Below, piece after piece: positions 50,439 through 60,522 of a stretch of 64,000 nucleotides of DNA (positions within the stretch are counted from its first letter, which is position 1; every line of letters starts with the position of its first letter). The notes beneath the pieces are model-generated. The model saw only the letters and a program-made list of their open reading frames with translations, made no database searches and was not told the origin of the DNA. A program made the position numbers and the translations under genes. The DNA is from Candidatus Sericytochromatia bacterium. GTDB lineage: Bacteria > Cyanobacteriota > Sericytochromatia > S15B-MN24 > JAQBPE01. Location: positions 158,507 to 222,506 of the forward strand of contig JBBAPZ010000003.1 in the NCBI GenBank assembly GCA_040400605.1, read 5' to 3'.

Positions 50439-51395
50439 GTGTTGGAAAAATATCTCAAAACCTTGTTAAACGGGGGCGTCGAGGAGCGAAACCTTGGTGA
50501 CCTGGCGGAAGGAATGGCGCGTTTTCACTCAGGTGATTTCGCTGAAGCATTGCCTTTACTTTTGCGGGCTATCGAACAACACGCTGACGACTTCCAGGCG
50601 CTTTTTGCGATTGCCAAGATTTATTTTGTACACGGTCAACATGAAGATGCTTTGCCTTATTTGAAACGCGCACTTGCTCTGGATGGCAAACACGGTGAGC
50701 TTCATTTTACCTTGGCTGAGATTTATGCTGCACAGCCTGACTTGGATTCGGCCAATTATCATTACCAGAAAGCCGTGTATTGTGACCCTGAGTTTACGGA
50801 CGCCTTCATTCGTTTGGGTTGTCTTCAGGTACGGCAGAATCAGTGTGAGGAGGCGATCAAGAGTTTTGAACGGGCTATCTTCCTCGACCGTACGGCGGTC
50901 GTGGCGCGTTATGAGTTGGCACGCACGTGTTATCGGCTCGGCGATTCACGTCGTGCATTGACCCAACTGCATCTTGTTCGGGAGTTGCAGGACAGTTATG
51001 CCCCCGTTTACGCCCTTCAAGGGGAAATTTTTAGCCAGTTGGGCGATTGGCGTCAAGCGATACTGGAACTTGAGCGTGCACACAGTCTCGGGCCGGCAAC
51101 AATTAACAGTTCTTACCATTTGGGCATGGCTTGTCAAGCGCTGGGTGAATTCGACAAAGCGGTGCGTGCGTACGGACGCTTGCTTGAATTGGATCCGGGG
51201 CACCATTTGGCGCATCATCGCTTGGCTCAACTGCACGAACGGTCCAACCGGGTTGATTTGGCCCGAACACATTACCAAGTGGTGCTTCAGGTGCCCGAGT
51301 TTCAGGAAGATGCCATGCAGGCATTGGTGCGCCTGGATGCTTTCGAGGCTGCTGTGAGTCGTACGATGTCCGGGTCAGAAGATTCGTCATCGTGA
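50439..51395 (+). CDS. Tetratricopeptide repeat protein
   Basis: About 8 TPR-like repeats (e.g. AFIRLGCLQVRQNQCEEAIKSFERAIFLD); AGGAG RBS before GTG 50439. Confidence 0.88.
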   Translation: MLEKYLKTLLNGGVEERNLGDLAEGMARFHSGDFAEALPLLLRAIEQHADDFQALFAIAKIYFVHGQHEDALPYLKRALALDGKHGELHFTLAEIYAAQPDLDSANYHYQKAVYCDPEFTDAFIRLGCLQVRQNQCEEAIKSFERAIFLDRTAVVARYELARTCYRLGDSRRALTQLHLVRELQDSYAPVYALQGEIFSQLGDWRQAILELERAHSLGPATINSSYHLGMACQALGEFDKAVRAYGRLLELDPGHHLAHHRLAQLHERSNRVDLARTHYQVVLQVPEFQEDAMQALVRLDAFEAAVSRTMSGSEDSSS

Positions 51396-51604
51396 TGCTG
51401 GCCTGCCACAAGACGATTTGAGCCAGGTTGCAGGCAAAGTGCACTCAGACAGGCATCTTCAAGCGCTGACTAGTTTGATGAGGTGTCGAAAAGGCGTTAA
51501 GTGGACTTCGCATACAGCGGGGAAATCGGTCGGTTTGAGGATTGAATTTTTTACAGACTGCGCCGTGTTTTGATAATCTCGTGCCATCAACGGTCGTGTG
51601 ACTG

Positions 51605-52738
51605 TTAAAATGAGGTCCCGGCGGCGATAACTGGAAAGATCCCTTCGCTGCTGCCATTTAATTCCAGTCTGCCGAGCGGCACCCCACCCACGAGCAAGAT
51701 GAGTGACGCACCGCCGCCGATGCGGATGTCCTCGCCCATCGCTGGTCCGAGGCGCGGTTCCCAGACTCGTCCGCCATCGAGGTAGGCAGCGCCTGCGAGA
51801 TTGAAGGCAAGCCCCTCTGGCCCCAAAAGGCCGAGTGGGTTGGCGCGCCAGCTGCCCAGATTGCGGCGGTATTCCAATGAGGCGACCGCCAGGCGATCGC
51901 CGGTGAAGCGATTCCATTGATAACCGCGCAAAAAATTGCCTCCACCAGCCGCATATTTATTAATCCACGCCAAGCGCGGAAGCCCTGCACCCGCGGTGAT
52001 GCGAAACAGTAAAATATGCCCCACCCAGTTCCATGTCTGTAACCACTCCGATTGCATTTGCCAAAACATGAAGCGGGAGTTTCCCGCATGCAGGCCCTGT
52101 GTCGCCCATGTTCGTGCCCGCATCCCATTCGTTGGCCATCGTGGATCATTCAACGTATTGAACTCAATAAAAGGCCCCAGGCTACCACTCAGTCCTTGTG
52201 TCAACATCGCATCATAGTTCCCGGTATCCGGGACGCCCCCCGTCACGATGCTTGATATGACGCCAAAAGCCAATCTGGGTTGGACCCAAATCCAGTAACG
52301 ACCGTTGAGTTGCCAGATATTGTTCCAGAAAAGCTCGGCAGGCAGGCCAGATGGTGGTTCCGGGCTCAATTTGGCTGGGTCATAAAAAAAATTGCGACGC
52401 CAGATGTAGCCACCTTGAAGATGAGCCTCGTGTGTCTGGCCCGCGACGACAAAATTGGTCATCTCCATGTTCATCAGGCACGCCATCATCGGAACGGGAA
52501 TGGCACCCCAGCGAAACTGGGGGGTCGCGATGGCGCCAACAATCGGCTCTTGGGGATTTGCCTCGGCTGGCGCTGTCAGGAATACCCCAAGTGTCAATAC
52601 ACCCCGTTTAATGATTTGAACGATGGGGTTTGTGACCTGCGGAAATCGTACGCAGCCTTTGACGCAATTGATGCCACTGTGTTTGAAGTGCTTGCTGGGA
52701 GGGGCTTTCTTCTGGCTTGGCAAACCGGGTAAATTCAT
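51605..52738 (-). CDS. Omp85/BamA-TamA family beta-barrel protein (true start probably near 52600-52650)
   Basis: NDPRWPTNG, GGGNFLRGY, ASLEYR, AYLDGGRVW, GVPLGRLE, C-terminal GTSF. Confidence 0.75.
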   Translation of the reverse strand: MNLPGLPSQKKAPPSKHFKHSGINCVKGCVRFPQVTNPIVQIIKRGVLTLGVFLTAPAEANPQEPIVGAIATPQFRWGAIPVPMMACLMNMEMTNFVVAGQTHEAHLQGGYIWRRNFFYDPAKLSPEPPSGLPAELFWNNIWQLNGRYWIWVQPRLAFGVISSIVTGGVPDTGNYDAMLTQGLSGSLGPFIEFNTLNDPRWPTNGMRARTWATQGLHAGNSRFMFWQMQSEWLQTWNWVGHILLFRITAGAGLPRLAWINKYAAGGGNFLRGYQWNRFTGDRLAVASLEYRRNLGSWRANPLGLLGPEGLAFNLAGAAYLDGGRVWEPRLGPAMGEDIRIGGGASLILLVGGVPLGRLELNGSSEGIFPVIAAGTSF

Positions 52739-54695
52739 ATTGTTCCAAAAATTGTTGTATGTGGGTTATACAGGGGGCCAAGTCAGGGTAACGGGTCAAT
52801 TGTTCCAAAATGTCCTGACTTGTTGCATTCGGTGCCAAGGTCACGCCGTGACGCTTTAACTCCTTTTTCAACGCTCGAAAGGGTTTTGATGCGGGGTGTG
52901 GGGATGGCTGAGCTTTGCGGCGCTTTGCCCGGATGAGCAGGTAGCTTGCCAAGGGGAGCAAGAATATAAGTGTCAAAAAGGTTGTACCCAGTGTCTCCCG
53001 TATCCAGACAAACAGTTCGCCCAAGCGACGCAGAGGTGGAGAAATTGTGTCGGAGTCTACCGGCGCAGGCATGCTCCATCCTGGTGTTGCTTCAAACGGA
53101 ATCCAGCCGACGCTCGGGAGATACGCCTCGACCCAGGCGTGGGCGTCCCTTCCCGTTACCTCATGGAGTCCTGTGAGGGGGTGACGGCGTCCCGGTGCAT
53201 AGCCCGTGACCAGGCGGGTGGGAATGCCCGCAACCCGTGCGGTCATTGCCAGTGTTGTTGCAAAATGCTCACAAAAACCGCTGCGTTGGACGAATAGAAA
53301 GTGATCCGTCGCTTCTTTACCTGGGCCGAGCTTTGGAACGTCAAGACGATAGGTGCAACGCGTTGCCAACATTTCGCTCAAACGCCCCATCGTTTGGAAG
53401 GGTGTTTCGCCCTGGATGGGGCGCACCAGGGCTTTCACCCGTGGTGTCAAGGCGCTTGTGTCGAGATAGGGCGCAAGCGCCTGTGTTCGCGGTGCCAAGG
53501 GCAAGCGGGCCAATTCGGCTCGCGTGAGCGCGAGATTCACGGCTCGAACCGAGTAATACATTCCTGCTTGCAGCAAGAAAGGTGAACGCAAGGCAGCGTA
53601 GTCATCCAGCCAGATCAGGCCACTTGGAAAATAGATTAGCTGCGGCTGCAGCGCACTAAAAATCAAATTGGCTGAATCCTGCTCCACATAGTAGGTCTGT
53701 AATTCCGGTTCACCCCGCCAGGCCGGCTGTATCGGCGGATTGAACGCATCATTGTCTGGTGAAAGCGCCTTAACGGCGTCAGGGTCTCGCATGCGCCATT
53801 TCCGGCCGTCGTAATGGTCAAAGGCCATCGCCCGCCAATAATGCGGATGAGGACTGTTGACGCGCATGATGACCCGGTCATGCAAGACAGGCTGCCCGCC
53901 CACTTCAAGCTGCGTGTCGAACCGGTGATCCGCGTTGCCGTCGCGTTGGGTCTGGCGACCCCCGGTCCTGGATGGCCCCACGCTTTGACGAATGCGAGCA
54001 TCCAGGGTTGCAGGGAGGCCCAGCGACAAGGACATCAAGGGTCGATGCTGTGTTCCTGAGCGCGTTCCACGCGGCGCAACGACAAACACTGGCAAGGCGA
54101 CGGGTAGCATCAGGACGAGCGTTAACAGCAAAACGCCGACCGTTCTGAGTCCTGACACAGTTTGCACGCGAAGTTCATCACGCCACGCTTCATGGTGCCC
54201 CCAAAAGAGGCTGAGGACAAAAGCCAAGACAAACCAAAGGAAACCGGCTTCACGGTGCAAAGAGCCTGTAACGACCATCAAGACGCCTGCAACCATGGTG
54301 GCAACCCGCAAGTTGGTCAATCGGGGTAAATCCCAACTGTTCATGACCTGCAGCCAGACCAGTAACTGCCCAAGTGCGAGGGGCAGTTCCATGGCGCCAA
54401 ATACCATGTTGCGCAGGGATTGATACAAAGCCACCAGCATGGCGATCGCCAACAACCACTTTAACGCAAGGTTTCGACGGAATCGCATCGCATAGCTGAA
54501 GATGGATCCACACAACAGCGCGACAAGCAAGACCAGTGTCGGCAATTGCGGGTCGACCGTACCGTAGGCCACGATCGCAGTGACTGAATTGATGGCGATC
54601 GCAAGGCGTAAACGCCAGGCGCCAATAACCGGCACCGGCGCGAAACTGCTGCGAAGCTGGTCCGACAGGTTGTGCCAGCCCACTGATTCACGCAT
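52608..54695 (-). CDS. Membrane transglutaminase-like protein (TgpA/DUF3488 type)
   Basis: N-terminal TM helices; YWRAMAFDHYDGRKW; GFCEHFAT (Cys), LVTGY, AHAWVEAY, GWIPFEATP. Confidence 0.9.
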   Translation of the reverse strand: MRESVGWHNLSDQLRSSFAPVPVIGAWRLRLAIAINSVTAIVAYGTVDPQLPTLVLLVALLCGSIFSYAMRFRRNLALKWLLAIAMLVALYQSLRNMVFGAMELPLALGQLLVWLQVMNSWDLPRLTNLRVATMVAGVLMVVTGSLHREAGFLWFVLAFVLSLFWGHHEAWRDELRVQTVSGLRTVGVLLLTLVLMLPVALPVFVVAPRGTRSGTQHRPLMSLSLGLPATLDARIRQSVGPSRTGGRQTQRDGNADHRFDTQLEVGGQPVLHDRVIMRVNSPHPHYWRAMAFDHYDGRKWRMRDPDAVKALSPDNDAFNPPIQPAWRGEPELQTYYVEQDSANLIFSALQPQLIYFPSGLIWLDDYAALRSPFLLQAGMYYSVRAVNLALTRAELARLPLAPRTQALAPYLDTSALTPRVKALVRPIQGETPFQTMGRLSEMLATRCTYRLDVPKLGPGKEATDHFLFVQRSGFCEHFATTLAMTARVAGIPTRLVTGYAPGRRHPLTGLHEVTGRDAHAWVEAYLPSVGWIPFEATPGWSMPAPVDSDTISPPLRRLGELFVWIRETLGTTFLTLIFLLPLASYLLIRAKRRKAQPSPHPASKPFRALKKELKRHGVTLAPNATSQDILEQLTRYPDLAPCITHIQQFLEQYEFTRFAKPEESPSQQALQTQWHQLRQRLRTISAGHKPHRSNH

Positions 54696-55842
54696 CGCTG
54701 GCTCCTTCCAGGCTCACGCCTGGCGATGCACCGACGGGACAAACGATGGCAGCACCTGCGATGCCACGACCATCGCCCGGACAATGAATAAAATGCCCGG
54801 CATCGACGGCTGTCACGCAAGCGGCATCCGCTGATAAAAGATAGGCACTGCGCTCACAATCCGGGGCCTGTGCGTCGTCAGTGGGATGCACCAGTGCCAA
54901 AAAGGCATGATCCGCCAAGTTGCCATAAGACGCGAGATCCGGTATGGCAGACGCTTGCGTGACCAAGATGACCGGATGGCCCATTTGCCGCCACGCGGCG
55001 TACAATGTCGCAGCAACCCGCACGAGGTGCTCGTGAACGGATTGTTCCAGTCCCAAGCGACGCATGTCCAGATAAAGCGTCACGCAGGCGCTGGCCGCAT
55101 CGTCAGCCTCTTTGGTGTGTAAACGGCCCAAGCGCGCACTAACGCGCCAGTGGATATCGCGTAACGCATCGCCGCTGCCGTATGGACGAACGCCACGTGG
55201 TATCTGATGACCACTCAACGCGTTCGATGGCTCGGCGCCCGCTTGTCCACCCATGCGATTGAACCAGGGCAAGGTGCTTACAGGATCCGGTGCGGGGACC
55301 ACCAAGATTGGCTCAGTTGGCGTCACCAGGCGGGTCAGGCTTACCAGACCGAGTGGATACGCACTTTGCAGACGCACCGAAGGAACGCGTTGAAGGCCAC
55401 GTTCAACAAACGTCACAGAAGCGATGCGTTCAGCCCCCGAGCCTTCTGCCAAGCACCAACCGTAAGGGAGCAGCCGAGCACGCCACCAACCAATCCAGGG
55501 AAGATGCCGGCGTTCGGCAACCAGCACTTGACACAGATCCAGATGCTGGGCGTCAGCTGCAGTCAAACCAAAACGTAACGTGACCCAATCACCCGTGCTT
55601 ACCCATCCCGGCGCATCAAGTACCAGACGGATTCCCCTCAAAGACCACCAGGCCAAAAAAGCGGCAGTTGGCGGGAGTGCCCACGCCAACGCCCCAATCA
55701 CATACAGCCAGGCCGCTTGGGTTTGATAAGCCTCGGCCAGACTCGCCAATCCAAATACCAAAACAGCATAAGCCTGAGGCGTCAAGCGTGATTCCTCAAT
55801 CAGGCAGGGCGTGTTGCGCCAATACGGATGCAATGAGGGCAC
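54688..55842 (-). CDS. DUF58 domain protein
   Basis: ERG...YPLGL, VRPYGSGDALRDIHWRVSARLG; lies between moxR and the transglutaminase; start uncertain. Confidence 0.85.
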   Translation of the reverse strand: MPSLHPYWRNTPCLIEESRLTPQAYAVLVFGLASLAEAYQTQAAWLYVIGALAWALPPTAAFLAWWSLRGIRLVLDAPGWVSTGDWVTLRFGLTAADAQHLDLCQVLVAERRHLPWIGWWRARLLPYGWCLAEGSGAERIASVTFVERGLQRVPSVRLQSAYPLGLVSLTRLVTPTEPILVVPAPDPVSTLPWFNRMGGQAGAEPSNALSGHQIPRGVRPYGSGDALRDIHWRVSARLGRLHTKEADDAASACVTLYLDMRRLGLEQSVHEHLVRVAATLYAAWRQMGHPVILVTQASAIPDLASYGNLADHAFLALVHPTDDAQAPDCERSAYLLSADAACVTAVDAGHFIHCPGDGRGIAGAAIVCPVGASPGVSLEGASDA

Positions 55843-56752
55843 ACACTTCCTGACGCCGGCTTGCCCCTTTTTTGAGCTTTACCCGATGCGCCAAAGTCGC
55901 CACCGCCGACGCCTGCACATCGCGGGGTGTCACAAATGTACGCCCCGACACAAAAGCCAAAGCCTGCGACACCTTCATCCACCACAAACTTCCGCGCGGA
56001 CTCACTCCCAGTGCCAATTCCGGATGCGCGCGGGTATCACGCACCACCGCCACCATGTATTGCAACAAGCTGTCATCCACAAACACGGCACGAATTTTTT
56101 CACGCAAGGTTCGCCAGGTCCGCAAAGACTCAGAGGCCTGTTCATTTTTCCCGTCATCGGTATCTGACACCTCACGCATGGCCGCTGTCAGCAGAGCGTG
56201 TTCCGTGTCAGCATCAGGGTAGCCCAAGGTGACCGCCACGGCGAAACGATCCAGTTGGGCTTCCGGCAACGGGAAAGTACCCTGCTGCTCCGCCGGATTT
56301 TGGGTGGCAATGACCACGAACGGCTCAGGCAACGCATAACGCTTCCCATCCACCGTGACAGCGTGCTCTTCCATCGCTTCCAACAGTGCGGCTTGTGTTC
56401 TGGGTGAGGCACGGTTCATCTCGTCCGCCAGCATCACATGGCTAAAGACGGGACCGGGCACAAACTGAAAACGTTGTTCCCCGGGATGATAAATGTTCAC
56501 CCCGGTCAAGTCACTGGGCATCAAGTCAACGCAACATTGAACGCGCCTGAATTCACCGCCCAGCGCGCCGGCCAAAGCCAGCGCCAAACGGGTTTTTCCG
56601 ACACCCGGTACATCTTCGATCAACACATGGCCACCAGCCAGGACCGTTGCTAGAATGAGGCGGTTCACCTCAGACTTGCCTTGCACCACCCGGTTGATGC
56701 GCTCATATAAAATCTGGGCCGCTTCCGTCATTTGCTGCGCCATGATGGCCAT
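55796..56752 (-). CDS. moxR: MoxR-family AAA+ ATPase
   Basis: GHVLIEDVPGVGKT, DLMPSD, LADEMNRASPRTQAALLEAMEE, ATQNP, LPEAQLDRF. Confidence 0.95.
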   Translation of the reverse strand: MAIMAQQMTEAAQILYERINRVVQGKSEVNRLILATVLAGGHVLIEDVPGVGKTRLALALAGALGGEFRRVQCCVDLMPSDLTGVNIYHPGEQRFQFVPGPVFSHVMLADEMNRASPRTQAALLEAMEEHAVTVDGKRYALPEPFVVIATQNPAEQQGTFPLPEAQLDRFAVAVTLGYPDADTEHALLTAAMREVSDTDDGKNEQASESLRTWRTLREKIRAVFVDDSLLQYMVAVVRDTRAHPELALGVSPRGSLWWMKVSQALAFVSGRTFVTPRDVQASAVATLAHRVKLKKGASRRQEVCALIASVLAQHALPD

Positions 56753-57079
56753 GCCCCATTCTTTGATCCAACGCCCGAACGAGTCATTAAACCACACCAT
56801 GACCCCGGATGCGCCAGAGCACCCGTCATTTATTGACGTCACGCCCGAAGCCCATCAGTGAGCGCGCGCCAAGCTTACTGCCATGAAGCGGGCAGAAGCG
56901 CTTTTAGGTTGTCATTTGCCCTCAACAACCAAACTTGCATGCAATGCGACTATTCAGATCTGTGGTCGTACCGTGTGACAAACAATGAAGACGACTGTCG
57001 CTGGGCGCTCGGCAGTTGATGGTTTGCTCTTGCTGACTGGTTCCCGTACCGTGGTGATGAAAAATCCACGAACAGATGG

Positions 57080-58270
57080 CTAAAGTGTGAAGACTCGCCA
57101 ACGCCCCGGTGCCACGCGCATCAGATGCCACATGCGCGAGGCTTCCTGATGCCGCGTGAGCCATTCTTGAAGCAATTCCAGGGTTCGTTGTGCCTGGATA
57201 CGGGATGCTGCATTCCAGCAAGCCCACGGCGATAGGGGTTCAAGCCACGCACCGATGCGCCATAACCGTGTGAACAGCCCTTGCCACACCTGCGGTGCCT
57301 GTCCTTCGCCGATGAGGAGCCACCCAACACCAGGCAAAGCCAATGCCTCAGCGGTCAAAGGCCGAAAGCCCCACAACGCCCGCTGTTTATCCACCACAAT
57401 GAGTCGCGGCAATCGATCGTGGGTCGCTTTGTCGGCTTGATGGGTTCGAATGGCAACACCAGCCTGGCGCAGGCGTTCCAACGACAGGCGATCGCCCGCG
57501 CCAAGGTGGGATTCTCCATCCGACCAAACCACGCAGCGCACCGCAACGCCCCGACTGACCGCGTCAAGCAGCGCGTTGGCCAAGCCCGCATCCGCCCAAT
57601 GGTCCAAGCTGATATCGAGACGATGCTGCGCCTGTGTCACCAGTGCCAATAGATCAACATAGGACGTTGAGGCGCCCGCCTCCCCGATTCGGATCGATAC
57701 CGCATTCATTCCGGGCGCCAGTGATGAGCCGGGAGAACTCACCGGATGCCCCCCCGCCTGTTCCCAAACCTCATTGAACAAGCCACCCATCGCTGTCGCT
57801 GCCGCACCAAAAATCCGGGCCAAATAGGGATAGTCAACATCGAACGCCCCATCATGCCACGCCAGGTAAGCCCCGCGATCATCCACCACCATCGGCCCAG
57901 CAAACCCACACACGACACGGGATGAATACCGGATCACCAAACCGGACGAGCGCAGCAACGCCAAACGCTGCGCCTTCCCTTCCGTCGCCAACACCTGAAC
58001 ACGAACCCCCCGGTTCGCCGCAGCCTGCAACACTTCCATCAAATGTGTCCCACGTACCCCGCTTAACCAGCTCGCATCCAACTTGATGCTGGTGCAGGCC
58101 TCTGCGACAGCCAAACACATCTCGCCCCAAGCAACCCGCCGATCCAACCAATGCGTCCAATCCGCACACGATTCAGACGGCGCCGTCATCCGAGAATCAC
58201 GAGTCACCAAGGCATTCAGCCCCGGACAGGCGACTGGGGCAGGGTATTGGTTTAATTCTTTTTTAACCAT
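57080..58270 (-). CDS. Phospholipase D-like two-domain protein with degenerate HKD motifs
   Basis: LQAAANRGVRVQVL and LLDAVSRGVAVRCVV repeats; HKD positions read GPMVVDD and LPRLIVVDK; start uncertain. Confidence 0.65.
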   Translation of the reverse strand: MVKKELNQYPAPVACPGLNALVTRDSRMTAPSESCADWTHWLDRRVAWGEMCLAVAEACTSIKLDASWLSGVRGTHLMEVLQAAANRGVRVQVLATEGKAQRLALLRSSGLVIRYSSRVVCGFAGPMVVDDRGAYLAWHDGAFDVDYPYLARIFGAAATAMGGLFNEVWEQAGGHPVSSPGSSLAPGMNAVSIRIGEAGASTSYVDLLALVTQAQHRLDISLDHWADAGLANALLDAVSRGVAVRCVVWSDGESHLGAGDRLSLERLRQAGVAIRTHQADKATHDRLPRLIVVDKQRALWGFRPLTAEALALPGVGWLLIGEGQAPQVWQGLFTRLWRIGAWLEPLSPWACWNAASRIQAQRTLELLQEWLTRHQEASRMWHLMRVAPGRWRVFTL

Positions 58271-58277
58271 AGCTTAA
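58252..58277. promoter_or_regulatory. Triple TTAA array with 11-bp period
   Basis: TTAA-ttctttt-TTAA-ccatagc-TTAA at the 5' end of the PLD-like gene. Confidence 0.55.
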
Positions 58278-58772
58278 TTATAGTCTATCAAAGAGATAAA
58301 CTTGCTTTATTTTGCTTGAGCGAAAAAAAATGTATCGGATTGCTGACCCGACCTCCGCAAGGTAGCCCCTGAAATCAGGTAAATACCACAAAGTGCCTTA
58401 TCGGCGAGGCCCTACATTTGCCATTTTTGGCGTTTTTGCCTGATATCAGCGATCACCTCGACGCTGCCAGATGCCCACGGCGGATGGCTGCTTCGCCCTT
58501 TGTGTGGTAGGGACGGTTTGGGGCAGGTCGCGTTGTTCCTTGCGGTGCACGCGCACAAGCCCGAGCGTCGGGGTGCAGTGGCTGTTGTTGAGCCTGGTTC
58601 CACGCGTCGATAAAGCCAGGCATTGATGGGTGACCGGATTTTGGGCTGGCACGGTCTTTCAGCAGGTGCATGTCTGATGTTTTTTGTTTGCAACGCAGGT
58701 TTTGAGCAGCAAGCGATGCGTCATAGTAACATCTGTGGCCTGATTCAGGCGGCTGAGATGACGGTGGGTTGT

Positions 58773-59432
58773 TTAGCGTGTGTCTTCAACGACTGGATTG
58801 CGCAGGGTTCCGATACCGGTGATGCTTATTTCGACGCAGTCTCCCGGTTGTAATGGCCCGACGCCGGCAGGGGTACCGGTTGTGATGACATCACCGGGCC
58901 AGAGTGTTGCGAAGCGTGATATGTGGGCAATCAGGAAGGGTATGTTGAAGATCATGTCGCGCGTATTGCCGTGTTGCCGCACGGTACCATTTACCGTGGT
59001 GACCAGATCCAACTCGCGCCAGTCGAGTTCCCTCACCAGATGCGGACCGCAGGGCGCGAATGTGTCAAATCCTTTGGCACGGCTCCATTGTCCGTCTGCG
59101 CGTTGCAGATCCCGTGCAGTCACATCATTCATGATGGTATAGCCGGCAATGATGGATTCCGCCTCATCAAGCGTCAGACTTCGCGCTTTTTGACCAATCA
59201 CCACCGCGAGCTCACCCTCATAATCAACACGGCCGGCCCATAGCGGCAGGCGAATTGGCGCTTCTGCCGATATCAAGGCGCTCACGGGTTTCAAAAAAAC
59301 CAGGGGGTCTGAGGGCACCGCTTGCTGAAATTCAGCCGCGTGATCCGCATAGTTGCGTCCAATGGCGTAGATATGCCGTGTGAGTGCCAAGCCCTCGGAA
59401 AACTCGGGAAAGGTCGCGAAGCGCTGAGTCAT
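58773..59432 (-). CDS. Fumarylacetoacetate hydrolase family protein
   Basis: IGRNYADHA, FLKP, DYEGEL, NDVTARDLQ, AKGFDTF, TGTPAGVG. Confidence 0.95.
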   Translation of the reverse strand: MTQRFATFPEFSEGLALTRHIYAIGRNYADHAAEFQQAVPSDPLVFLKPVSALISAEAPIRLPLWAGRVDYEGELAVVIGQKARSLTLDEAESIIAGYTIMNDVTARDLQRADGQWSRAKGFDTFAPCGPHLVRELDWRELDLVTTVNGTVRQHGNTRDMIFNIPFLIAHISRFATLWPGDVITTGTPAGVGPLQPGDCVEISITGIGTLRNPVVEDTR

Positions 59433-59453
59433 GTTACGCACCCCAAGTTTCCA

Positions 59454-60494
59454 TCACGCGCGTTTGCCTTCGCGCGGTGTCACGACCAGATAGCTTTTTA
59501 CAGTTCGACCGTCCGTGCGGGTCTCAAGCAGGCCGGGTATCACAACGTGGGTCGAGCCGCCGCCATCCAGGGTATACGCCTCAACTGCGCCGAGGCGCCG
59601 CATCAACAAGGCCGCTTCCGCGTAACCGGCGCCTTGGCCGCGTGACCGCCCTTCGCCAATGGCCACCAACAAGAGCTGTCCTTCCGCCGTGCGGCCCACC
59701 AGGGTCCGGGGCAACGCACTGGTGAGATCGGTATTCGGAAAGCTTTGATTCTGCACCATGCTCCTTAAACGACGATCGAACGTGCCCGAGCGAACATCCT
59801 GTTGTAGTTCGGCACCCTCTGCTTCACTGAACAAACGACCCATGCCACCGACGAAACCGCTAACGGTGCCTGACGTTTCGCGTTCCGACAGGCCACCTTG
59901 GCCAAAGCTTACCTTGCCATCCGGTGCGAACGCCACGTGATAACGTTTATCCGAGATGGCATCGTAGTTTGTCGCAAACAGTTCATCCCGATAGGTTCGG
60001 CCAATGCCTCGCAAATCACCGAAGGTTCCGTTTTTCTCGCCAAACCCGAAAAAAGCTGCGTTGGCGCCTGCCATCAAACCTGGCATCTGACGCACCTCAC
60101 TCGGCGTCACGGTTTGCACACCGTCTTTAAAGAATGACTCCAGTCGAACTTTGCCGGGTTGGATCCGCAGTACGGTTACAGGCGTACCATCCGCCGTTTG
60201 GATCGATGGCACCAAATCAACCCCGGCGCTTGCCATCTGCTTGCGAAATTGCGCCTCATCACGCCGTCGCCACAATCCTGCGACCATACCCAGAAACGCA
60301 CGTAGGCCGTCGCGCCATGCCCCTTTGGGCTTTGCGGGAAGTGGATCCTCACAGGGTTTTTCCGTACCGCGGTACTCGTCTTGCGCCACACAAGCCGGAT
60401 GCGGCGCCGGTTGCGAACCCAAGGCATCCAACCGGGAAAAAACCGTCCCTCGCAACCAACCACGCCCACCACGAACCGCACTCAAGTCATTCAT
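59454..60494 (-). CDS. Phosphodiester glycosidase (NAGPA/DUF2233) family protein
   Basis: ANAAFF, PRTLVG, AEAALLMRRLGAVEAYTLDGGGST. Confidence 0.85.
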   Translation of the reverse strand: MNDLSAVRGGRGWLRGTVFSRLDALGSQPAPHPACVAQDEYRGTEKPCEDPLPAKPKGAWRDGLRAFLGMVAGLWRRRDEAQFRKQMASAGVDLVPSIQTADGTPVTVLRIQPGKVRLESFFKDGVQTVTPSEVRQMPGLMAGANAAFFGFGEKNGTFGDLRGIGRTYRDELFATNYDAISDKRYHVAFAPDGKVSFGQGGLSERETSGTVSGFVGGMGRLFSEAEGAELQQDVRSGTFDRRLRSMVQNQSFPNTDLTSALPRTLVGRTAEGQLLLVAIGEGRSRGQGAGYAEAALLMRRLGAVEAYTLDGGGSTHVVIPGLLETRTDGRTVKSYLVVTPREGKRA

Positions 60495-60522
60495 ATCAAC
60501 TCCCTGGCCGCTTTATCGACCT

